From a virus, in IMG/VR virus record IMGVR_UViG_3300026522_000001, positions 1 to 64,000 of that record: a DNA stretch of 64,000 nt. One strand, written 5' to 3'. Each line of letters starts with the position of its first letter. The stretch's first letter is position 1. Under the pieces are notes generated by a model. The model did not search any database and was not told the origin of the DNA. It saw only the letters and a program-made list of their open reading frames with translations. The translations under genes were made by a program, and so were the position numbers. This document shows positions 7,560 through 16,038 of the stretch, piece by piece.

Positions 7560-8798
7560 TTAAGCTATAGCACAAAAACCATAGTCCACATCAACAAGGC
7601 CCACGGCATGATCACACGTAAACGCGAACAATCCACAAGGCGAACCACTCCACGCGCTACCACCAACAAGAGGGGCTTGTAATCCATAAGCTGACCAAAA
7701 GTTATCATTTACTGTTTGTGTTGTTGCATTAGTATCACTAGAGGGTGTAAATAACCAATCGTAGTCTGCATCATTTGCTATAGCTGTAATTAGTGTAGAA
7801 CTACCACCATTAGGATATGTACTTGTTGTAGGAGTCCATGATGCTAAATCATTTACTGTTGGGTCTGTTTGTATTGTATCTACATCCTTAAAGTATGTTT
7901 TACCTGCATAGCATACTGCTCCATCTATATATGACCAAACATTACCCCAAAAATCTTCTATCCCTAATGCTAATGCACTTTCATTTGCTGTTACTGCTGT
8001 TGCACTACCATCCATTCCTTTTACGCTATCTGCGCCACCTGTAGTCCAAACATGACTTCCTTCGCTATATCCATTTGCCACAATAGCTTGTACATCTGTT
8101 GTTGCATATTTTACTAGCATTAACATTACTAAGCTATATTGTGCTTCAAAGGTTAATTCATTCATTCCTTTTGCTTGTAATGTTGTTCTTGCTGTATTTA
8201 ATGCTGTATTTGTTCTAGGTGTTTGTCCACTTAAGCTCTTGAAGTCTCCACTTAGTTTATATTTTGAGATATATCTTTTTTCATAGTGTTTTCCATTTAC
8301 GTAATGCCAAGGGTCAGGCTTGAATCCTGCTTTATATTTTGGTGCTACGATTATCTCAAATTTCTTATCTTCTCTTTGTACCCTTCTATACCAAAATTCA
8401 TTGACTTCAATCATGATGTCACCTTTGATAGAAGCATGAGTACCTTTTCTTATTGTCTCCCATTCTTCGTCTGTATAATCGTCTTTATACACATATGAAG
8501 CTGTCTTTGCTGTATCATTCCATATTCTACAACATTCTCTTGTTTTGAATGGTGCGATGTTCTTGAAGTTATCTATTCCTTCTACTGTATTACTGCTCCT
8601 ATTCCATGTTAATCCTGCCGCATCATACGTTCTTGTTCCTACTGTTTTACTCGGTTCAAACAATACTCCATACATAGGAACTGTTTCATCTAGTGCTGTT
8701 TTTACTGAATCAGGAATAAAACTTGTATCTACGTTTCCAATAAGTAATCCCATATCTTTCTTTTCCTCCATTAAGTAGTTTGTTCTCTCATAGCCCAA
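7560..8798 (-). CDS. DGR target protein: tail fibre/receptor-binding protein with C-type-lectin-like variable C-terminus
   Basis: 412 aa; carries the VR; GGSAW...YGF C-terminal pattern typical of DGR variable proteins; last gene of the fibre cluster. Confidence 0.85.
   Translation of the reverse strand: MGYERTNYLMEEKKDMGLLIGNVDTSFIPDSVKTALDETVPMYGVLFEPSKTVGTRTYDAAGLTWNRSSNTVEGIDNFKNIAPFKTRECCRIWNDTAKTASYVYKDDYTDEEWETIRKGTHASIKGDIMIEVNEFWYRRVQREDKKFEIIVAPKYKAGFKPDPWHYVNGKHYEKRYISKYKLSGDFKSLSGQTPRTNTALNTARTTLQAKGMNELTFEAQYSLVMLMLVKYATTDVQAIVANGYSEGSHVWTTGGADSVKGMDGSATAVTANESALALGIEDFWGNVWSYIDGAVCYAGKTYFKDVDTIQTDPTVNDLASWTPTTSTYPNGGSSTLITAIANDADYDWLFTPSSDTNATTQTVNDNFWSAYGLQAPLVGGSAWSGSPCGLFAFTCDHAVGLVDVDYGFCAIA
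7571..7677 (-). repeat. DGR variable repeat (VR)
   Basis: Covers roughly the last 36-39 codons of ORF 7560-8798 (...PLVGGSAWSGSPCGLFAFTCDHAVGLVDVDYGFC). Confidence 0.92.
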
Positions 8799-9436
8799 AC
8801 AGAATTATCAGCTACTTTTATATATACCATCTTATAGAATTTTGATAGCTCTAAATAGTCTGTCGGTATGTCTTTTAGGTATTCATTTACACCACCAAAT
8901 ATTAATACATCATCTACTGTAACATCATACCCTGTTAGTGTTTTACTGTCATTACCTAAATAAATATAGCTTTTATCATTTAAGTTAAATACAACTGTGT
9001 TTATTCCTGTTGCTATTTGTTCGTTGTTTACATATATTGTTACAGTATTATTTTTGTCTCTTTGTATTTTATACCAATTCCAATCTGTTTGTACTAATTC
9101 TTTATTATCTGTACCTATTGTTTTTGGTAGTGTTGTTCCAATGCTTGTTCCATCATTGAATATTATATGTATACTATTTGGGTGTACTTCATCTACATCC
9201 TTTAGTTTTTCAAATTTCGCCCAAAAACATACTGTAAATTCTTTATCATATGTGTATGGTATTTCACCAACATTATATAGATATGTATTTTTCTTAAATG
9301 TAGTTGCTACATATCTTTTTTTATTGCTAAATCTAGGGTCTCGTCTTACCGTGTTCATGTCTATGAGTTTACTTGATTTTGCCATAAACTCTATTGGTTT
9401 TATTTCGTCTTGCCATCTATAAATACTTTTACTCAA
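8771..9436 (-). CDS. LamG/concanavalin-like domain structural protein
   Basis: 221 aa; FTVCFWAKF...IIFNDG...WYKIQRD...VTIYVNNE pattern of Laminin_G_3-type jelly roll. Confidence 0.55.
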   Translation of the reverse strand: MSKSIYRWQDEIKPIEFMAKSSKLIDMNTVRRDPRFSNKKRYVATTFKKNTYLYNVGEIPYTYDKEFTVCFWAKFEKLKDVDEVHPNSIHIIFNDGTSIGTTLPKTIGTDNKELVQTDWNWYKIQRDKNNTVTIYVNNEQIATGINTVVFNLNDKSYIYLGNDSKTLTGYDVTVDDVLIFGGVNEYLKDIPTDYLELSKFYKMVYIKVADNSVWAMREQTT

Positions 9437-11186
9437 TTAGCTCCACCTTCTCGAAAGTCTTAAATTCTGATGGGTCTATTTCTTCTGAAACCCTATAATA
9501 GTTTGTAGTCATTTTTGTATAATCTCCTAGGACATATTTATATTCATTATTTGGCTTTGCTACTCCGTCAAATATAATAAATTTTGATTTACTTGCTATT
9601 GTATTGTTTATAGTAAACCTTTTTCCATCACCAGAATCATAATCAAATATATTTTCTGATACACCTTTTGTTACACCGGAAAGTTTTAATACTTCTACGG
9701 GTGGAAATGAGAATGTTGCTGTTTTTTGAACAGAAACATCGAATGTATCACCTTTTTTAGCCCCTAGTTTATTTACTTGACCATAGTTATTATGTTCTGT
9801 TGCAGATAGCAATACCCAATAATTAGCATCATCTTCAAAGCTCTCTGTTGACATATTTTTTTGTATGCACAAATACAATTTATTATCATTTATTACAATA
9901 TCATTAGTATTATATTGTTTTTTTGGTTTCCATTCTTCAACAGAACTTCCACCACCTATATTAGCCCAATTAGATTCTGTAAATGCAACATCAGAATTTG
10001 TTGTCTTACATTTATAGATTTTATTGTTATGCTCAACAATAGCTCCTTTTACATAATAACAACTACTTGTCCATTCAGGTATTTGTGTACATACTAATTC
10101 CCAATTATTTTGCTCTTGTGTAAAATCTGTTCCTGATGTTATATTTGCTTTTGCTCGATATAGTATATTATCATAATATACCATTTCCCCTTTATTATAT
10201 CCTTTTTTTGGTTTCCAGTCAAGTATTTTATTTGAAGAATATAATAAACCTATAATTTCCCAAGAAACATTACCGTCTGTTATAGTAGTGCCAATTTCTT
10301 CTGTTTCTAATGTTGGTGGTGTACTTGCTGTTGTTCCACCTAATACACATCTTATCCATACATCATTAAATCTTACAATATCGTCTTTATTGTATAGGTG
10401 ATTGTTCTGCCTTACAATTGAGTTTTTATTTATGTATTCTACTATTTTTTTATGATAATGTTTTAGTCCATTTGTGTCTAAAAATCCTTGTGACATTCCA
10501 TCCCATACATCTAATGAGGGTACTGTAAAATTATCTGTCCATAATCCTGCACCCTGTATGAGTGAAAAGCTATCTACTTTCATGTTTCTCTTTATGGTTG
10601 GTGTATTATCAGAATCATTACATGAACCACTATTTATAGCAAAGTCTGTTACAGGAAAACTAAAGTCTTTTGTTTTATATCTAGTCTCTAGGTTATCTTC
10701 TATTTCTTTTTTGCCATCAATGAAAACATAAAAGATGTCACCTTTTCTTACTATGCTTATGAAATGATTTTTGCCATCTGCTAGATTTAATGTTTCTGTT
10801 GCGTCAATATATACATTATTCTGTATAGCTAGTCTTAATGGATTGCATAGAAGCATAAATGTTCCTGCTGTTGTTAAGCTATTATTATTTGCTACAGACA
10901 ATAAAACTGTATTTTTACCTGCTGATGCTTCTACATTAAACCAAAAAGATAGTGTAAAGTCATTACTTCCTAGAGAAAAATTTGAAGTGCCTTTAACAGA
11001 AATCTCATAGTCTGTTCCTAGATTAAAGCTACCATCACCAATTATTCCTGCTTTTTCTATAGGTACAGAAGAATTACTTAAAGCACCTGATTTATATATT
11101 CCAAATTCTCCATTTATATTGTTGTCTTTATATATTTCAACTTTTCCATGTTTATATATTGCTCTTAATGCTAATGTATATTCCAA
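9429..11186 (-). CDS. Tail fibre protein: LamG-like domain plus CBM5/12-like repeats
   Basis: 585 aa; FTLSFWFNVEA...FISIVRKGDIFYVFIDG; then at least 3 repeats of W..YNKG..V.Y.N.LYR.K type. Confidence 0.6.
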   Translation of the reverse strand: MEYTLALRAIYKHGKVEIYKDNNINGEFGIYKSGALSNSSVPIEKAGIIGDGSFNLGTDYEISVKGTSNFSLGSNDFTLSFWFNVEASAGKNTVLLSVANNNSLTTAGTFMLLCNPLRLAIQNNVYIDATETLNLADGKNHFISIVRKGDIFYVFIDGKKEIEDNLETRYKTKDFSFPVTDFAINSGSCNDSDNTPTIKRNMKVDSFSLIQGAGLWTDNFTVPSLDVWDGMSQGFLDTNGLKHYHKKIVEYINKNSIVRQNNHLYNKDDIVRFNDVWIRCVLGGTTASTPPTLETEEIGTTITDGNVSWEIIGLLYSSNKILDWKPKKGYNKGEMVYYDNILYRAKANITSGTDFTQEQNNWELVCTQIPEWTSSCYYVKGAIVEHNNKIYKCKTTNSDVAFTESNWANIGGGSSVEEWKPKKQYNTNDIVINDNKLYLCIQKNMSTESFEDDANYWVLLSATEHNNYGQVNKLGAKKGDTFDVSVQKTATFSFPPVEVLKLSGVTKGVSENIFDYDSGDGKRFTINNTIASKSKFIIFDGVAKPNNEYKYVLGDYTKMTTNYYRVSEEIDPSEFKTFEKVELIE

Positions 11187-11218
11187 GTATTAAACCCCCA
11201 TTCACTGTAATCCTTCAA

Positions 11219-11400
11219 TTGACACTCCCCATGCTTAAAGGCAGGGGATTCCTACTTCTTTGACCGTAGCGTATGCGGTGAAACCGCATGAGGTATGGCG
11301 TAGCCATACCTTTTTATGTCTTACACAATCTCCATAGGCTTATTTTATACTGATTCCGCAAGCCCTACGGTACAGTTTTTATATTGTTTAAGCTACTGAA
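11219..11400 (-). ncRNA. Predicted TnpB omega-RNA (reRNA) scaffold
   Basis: GC-rich hairpins in AT-rich DNA just 3' of tnpB (GCGG-tgaaa-CCGC, GGTATGGC-gta-GCCATACC, CCCC..GGGG terminal hairpin); location as known for TnpB omega-RNAs. Confidence 0.6.
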
Positions 11401-12500
11401 AGTAATCTTTTACCCTCATTTAAGATGTTTATGCTTGCATTTATGTCTCTATCATGTGTAGTATGACATTTTGGACATTCCCATTCTCTGATTGACAAAT
11501 CTTTTACTTTTGGATTTCTATATCCACAAGAACTGCAGATTTGAGAACTAGGAAAGAAAGTGTCTATTTTTACTACTTGGCAATTACTTTGCCATTTTGA
11601 TTTATACTCAAGCATAGTAACAAATTTATACCATGAACAATCTTGAATAGACTTAGCTAGTCTATGACTCTTTACCATATTCTTAATCCTTAAACTCTCA
11701 ATAGCTATAACTTGGTTTTCGTCTACTAGCTTTGTTGAAAGTTTTTGAAAGAAATCATTCTTGAAATTGGTAATTTTTTCATATTGAATAGCTACTTTTA
11801 TCCTTCTTTTTTCATGGTTTTTAGATTTAGGCATTGTTCTTGAAAATTTTCTTTGTAACCTTTTTAACTTATTTTCAAGTTTTTTAATATGCTTAATATC
11901 CATATTGTATTTTGTACCATTAGATAAAATAGCAAAATCTTTAATACCTAAGTCAATACCAACTTCATTAGACTTAGAAGTTTTAAAAGTATCTTCTTCC
12001 TCAACAAGAAGTGAAACAAAATACTTATTTGATGGTGTCTTTGACACTGTAGCATTTTTGATTTTTCCAGTAAAAGCTCTACTCTGTTTTATTTTTATAA
12101 GAGTTTTTAATTTAGGCAAGTGTAACTTGCCGTCACTAATAAATATCATTCCAGACTGATTAAGTGTTCTATAAGAATTTTTCCTGTGTTTACTATGAAA
12201 TCTTGGATATTTAGACTGCTTCTTAAAAAATCTCTGAAAAGCAGTATCAAGGTCACGAAGAGATTGCTGTAAAGCAACAGAATCACTCTTTTTTAACCAT
12301 TCATATTCAGAATATCTTTTTAAATCAGTAATATGCCTTGAAAGTTCTTTCATAGAGATAGATTTTTTCTCATTTTCCCAAAGTTCTTTTTTAAGAGCTA
12401 AACAATGATTATACACAAAACGTGCATTTCCAATACATTGGTTAAAAAATTGTTTTTGACTCTCATTGGGATATAACCTAAATTTATATGCTTTTAGCAT
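11388..12500 (-). CDS. tnpB: TnpB (OrfB) RNA-guided endonuclease-type transposase accessory protein
   Basis: 370 aa; MLKAYKFRLYPN start, RuvC-like VGIDLGIKD and IAIESL, zinc ribbon CSSCG...CPKCH, DRDINASINI. Confidence 0.9.
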   Translation of the reverse strand: MLKAYKFRLYPNESQKQFFNQCIGNARFVYNHCLALKKELWENEKKSISMKELSRHITDLKRYSEYEWLKKSDSVALQQSLRDLDTAFQRFFKKQSKYPRFHSKHRKNSYRTLNQSGMIFISDGKLHLPKLKTLIKIKQSRAFTGKIKNATVSKTPSNKYFVSLLVEEEDTFKTSKSNEVGIDLGIKDFAILSNGTKYNMDIKHIKKLENKLKRLQRKFSRTMPKSKNHEKRRIKVAIQYEKITNFKNDFFQKLSTKLVDENQVIAIESLRIKNMVKSHRLAKSIQDCSWYKFVTMLEYKSKWQSNCQVVKIDTFFPSSQICSSCGYRNPKVKDLSIREWECPKCHTTHDRDINASINILNEGKRLLSVA

Positions 12501-12565
12501 TTTGTTTCACCCCCCCCCCTCCAGTTTAACACTCTCCACACCTAAATTTTTGTTATTTTGTTTAT

Positions 12566-12594
12566 ATTATAATACAAAAGTTGGTGCTTGTCAA
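12566..12594 (-). promoter_or_regulatory. Consensus promoter inside the IS left end driving tnpB
   Basis: Minus strand TTGACA (12589-12594)-N17-TATAAT (12566-12571). Confidence 0.6.
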
Positions 12595-12645
12595 TACTTA
12601 ATTTAGTTCTCGCGCCTTATATCCCCAGCCATAAATGACGGGGTT

Positions 12646-15600
12646 TTACAGTGCTTCAAATAATGTGTCTATAAATTCGTTTGTTATTGGTTGAATTTTT
12701 GTGTCATATACTGCAAGTTCAAAATTATTTTTTGAGAAACTTGTGTCATTATTCTGTTTTATGCTTCTATATATTGCACCATCATATAATACAAGCTCTC
12801 CTTCTGTATATGTATTTCCTGATTTCCAATCTTGTATATTAGATAATAATTCCCAATTATCAATATCATCTTTAAATGTATTTGCGCTTGTATGTTCTTT
12901 TATACATCTATATAATATACAATTATATATAATAACATCATTTACAAAATATCTTGTACCTTTTGCCCAGTTATCATGTTTTCTATCAAATCCATCCCAA
13001 TACTGTGGTTCAAATATACTTGTTGATATGTGTGTTGAATTACATACATACAATGCTCCATTATAATATACTAAAGTATTTTTCTCATAAACTTTATTTG
13101 CAGTCCATTTTGAAATATTTAAATCAGATACATCACCAATTAATTGCCAATATCCATCATTAACAGATATTATTAATGGCTTTACTTTATTATATGAACC
13201 ATTAGAAGCATAGCTTCGCTTTTCTCTATTTGATACGAATTTAATATATCTTGTATTTAAAGTAACTTTTAAATTAAAGTTTCCATCAAGCTCATTTTGT
13301 GTTTCATATAATTTTGAGTAATTTGTTCCGTCATCACTTACATAAATATATAAATTACAATATGCCGCGGAATAATTAGCAAAGTAAGCATAAATATTTG
13401 ATACTTGTTTTATACTTCCTAAATCATATACATCTGATGCGTCTATAGTAACATATTCGTATGAGCCTATTGGTGCGTCACCATCATATGTTGTTACAAA
13501 AAATTCATTCTTAGTATTTAATGTAGTTTGTTCAACATCTTCTGAAACACTTGTATGTGCTACTTTACATCTATATAGTTTATTATTAGAAATAACAGTA
13601 TCTCCAACTTTATAATATATTCCTTTTTTATATAATTGTACATTTGAAAATGTCTGTAACCATTCTGCTTCATCCGTTGCAAAATCATTGCCGCTTATAT
13701 GTGTTTCTACTGCTTTATATGGAACATTATTATAATAAACTATTTGGTCTTTTAAATATAATGTTTGCTTTGTCCATGTGCTAGCAATATTTATTGTTCC
13801 AATTAATTGCCAATTAGCTACATCTGCATTGAAACTTGTACTTGTATGTAATTTTACACACCTATACAAATTATTTTCATAACGAATCATATCACCAATT
13901 TCATATTTATGTGATGTTACCCAATCTAATATTGTAGCACTGCATAATTGTACCCAATCATCATTATTATAATCAACATCAAAATTATTTGTGCTTGTAT
14001 GTAATACTTTGCATCTATATAGTAAATTATTATGTAATACTAATTGGTCTTTTTTATACTCTTTGTTTGCAGTCCAGTCCGTTATTTCATCTACTGTAGG
14101 AGAAACTAATTCCCAATCACCATCAGTTTCATAATCTACTTTAAAGTCCGTACTGCTATCATTATTTTTAATGCACTTATATATCTGTGCATTTTTTAAT
14201 ACTAAATCACCAATATAATAATGTGTGTTACTTGCCCAATCGTCTATTTGTGTTTTACTTATTTCCTGCCAATAATCATTTTTATAATCGTGATTAAAAT
14301 CATTATTTGCTTTGTGTGCTAATAAGCATTGATATAGTTTATTATTATGAATAACAATGTCATCTTTTAAATACATTGTTGCCGCAGTCCATGTATTTAA
14401 TGTGCCACCACCAATGGTTTCCCAATCAGCATTATCATTGTCCCAATTAGTTGCGCTCATGTGTGCCGTTTTGCAACGATAAATCGTATTTCCATTTACA
14501 ATACATTGACCTTCATAATAATATTTATTTGCTACCCATGCTTGCAAATTTGCTAGTACGTTGCTTAGTAACGTCCATTTTGAGCGGTCTGTTTCAAAGT
14601 TACTACTAGATGTATGACCCGCTGAATTTATAAAAAATAGATTATCATATTTTATTATTGTTCCAGCCTTGTAATATACTCCGCTTGCCCAATTTGGTAT
14701 ATTAGCGTAAACTATATCCCATTTTGCAATATCTGTTTGAAAATCTGTTGTATTGCTTGTATGTTTTGTATTACAACGATATAGAATATCTTTGTATATT
14801 ACAAATTGACCTACTTGATATGGTTTATTTACTTGCCATTCATTTGCACCACCAACACCACCAACAATTTCCCATGAATTAGTTTCATTATCAAAACTTG
14901 TTGCATCACTCATGTGGTCTGTTTTAGAACGATATATAATACCGTCTACTAAAACGCATTGGCCTGTATAATAATATGTGGATGATTGCCAATTATTTAA
15001 ATATGCTGGTACATTTCCTAGTAATTTCCATTTTGCACGGTCTGTTTCAAAATTACTTGTCGATGTATGAGCACTTACACATTTATACAATAAACCATCT
15101 TTTATTACTACTACATTTAATGGGTAATATTTAGGATATGTCCAGTCATTTACTGAAGCATATAATAAGTTAAAGTTTGCAATATCATCTATAAAATTAG
15201 TGTTCCCACTTGTAAAATTTGCATTTGCTACATAGTATGTTCCTTGATATGTAACAATCTGACCTTTTTGATATTCTGTATTTTTAGCATATTCATCAAC
15301 TAAACCATATGTATCTAATAACTCAAATTTAGTTTTATCAAATGTAGTTGTACTTGTATGTTCTGTAATACATTTATAAATTCTATTATTATAAACTACT
15401 GTAGCATGTTCTTGATATAATACACCATCTTTCCACTCTTGTACATTTGAAAATAACTGTTGAAAATTAATTTTATCTTGTGCAAATGTATTTAATGATG
15501 TATGGTCTATTTTACATCTAAATATCTCATTATTATATAATACAATTTGTCCTCTTGTATAATATGTATTACCTATCCATAAGTCTAATGAGTTACTACT

Positions 15601-15951
15601 TCCAGCACTAAATTCATACACTATCCATTTTATACTACCATCAGTAACTATAGAACCTGTTACATTGTTTTTTGGTTCGGTTACACCGCTTGTGCCACCA
15701 ACAATACATTGATAGTATTGATTTGATTTTCCTTTTGTTATACGAATTATATCGCCCTTTACATAATCTGTGCTTTTATTCCAAACACTAAAATGTGCGG
15801 GGCTTTTTGCATGGTCTACCCCAAGGCACTTATCATCTATATCTTTAATAACATTATTAAATGTTACATCAATAAACTTATCTGTAGGTTGTATTAATTT
15901 AATCCCTAAATTAGTTGTTTTATTACTTGCCAATATATATTCACCCCGCAT
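12646..15951 (-). CDS. Tail fibre with about 18 CBM5/12-like repeats and an inserted discoidin (F5/8 type C)-like domain
   Basis: 1101 aa; 18 repeats of about 45 aa, W..(4-5)Y..G..V.YNN.(I/L)YRC...HTS...F..D...W; insert YVTIDASDVYDLG...YIYVSDDGTNYSKLYE...RYIKFVS between repeats 15 and 16. Confidence 0.7.
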   Translation of the reverse strand: MRGEYILASNKTTNLGIKLIQPTDKFIDVTFNNVIKDIDDKCLGVDHAKSPAHFSVWNKSTDYVKGDIIRITKGKSNQYYQCIVGGTSGVTEPKNNVTGSIVTDGSIKWIVYEFSAGSSNSLDLWIGNTYYTRGQIVLYNNEIFRCKIDHTSLNTFAQDKINFQQLFSNVQEWKDGVLYQEHATVVYNNRIYKCITEHTSTTTFDKTKFELLDTYGLVDEYAKNTEYQKGQIVTYQGTYYVANANFTSGNTNFIDDIANFNLLYASVNDWTYPKYYPLNVVVIKDGLLYKCVSAHTSTSNFETDRAKWKLLGNVPAYLNNWQSSTYYYTGQCVLVDGIIYRSKTDHMSDATSFDNETNSWEIVGGVGGANEWQVNKPYQVGQFVIYKDILYRCNTKHTSNTTDFQTDIAKWDIVYANIPNWASGVYYKAGTIIKYDNLFFINSAGHTSSSNFETDRSKWTLLSNVLANLQAWVANKYYYEGQCIVNGNTIYRCKTAHMSATNWDNDNADWETIGGGTLNTWTAATMYLKDDIVIHNNKLYQCLLAHKANNDFNHDYKNDYWQEISKTQIDDWASNTHYYIGDLVLKNAQIYKCIKNNDSSTDFKVDYETDGDWELVSPTVDEITDWTANKEYKKDQLVLHNNLLYRCKVLHTSTNNFDVDYNNDDWVQLCSATILDWVTSHKYEIGDMIRYENNLYRCVKLHTSTSFNADVANWQLIGTINIASTWTKQTLYLKDQIVYYNNVPYKAVETHISGNDFATDEAEWLQTFSNVQLYKKGIYYKVGDTVISNNKLYRCKVAHTSVSEDVEQTTLNTKNEFFVTTYDGDAPIGSYEYVTIDASDVYDLGSIKQVSNIYAYFANYSAAYCNLYIYVSDDGTNYSKLYETQNELDGNFNLKVTLNTRYIKFVSNREKRSYASNGSYNKVKPLIISVNDGYWQLIGDVSDLNISKWTANKVYEKNTLVYYNGALYVCNSTHISTSIFEPQYWDGFDRKHDNWAKGTRYFVNDVIIYNCILYRCIKEHTSANTFKDDIDNWELLSNIQDWKSGNTYTEGELVLYDGAIYRSIKQNNDTSFSKNNFELAVYDTKIQPITNEFIDTLFEAL

Positions 15952-16038
15952 AATTTTTACGTTATTAAGTATTAATTTAATTATATCATATTGCAGTATT
16001 TAAGTCAATAAAATAAGCATGATGCTTATTCACCATGC

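Larger units (their letters stand above)
11219..12645 (-). mobile_element. IS200/IS605-family (IS1341-like) tnpB-only insertion between two fibre genes
   Basis: tnpB ORF flanked by structured GC-rich ends. Right end starts at ttgacactcccc (11219); left end abuts the stop codon of ORF 12646-15951. No tnpA in the window. Confidence 0.75.

Noticed and set aside
7500-7682. 60-aa plus-strand ORF across the VR
   Set aside because: It is antisense to the VR-bearing end of the DGR target gene and spans the terminator.
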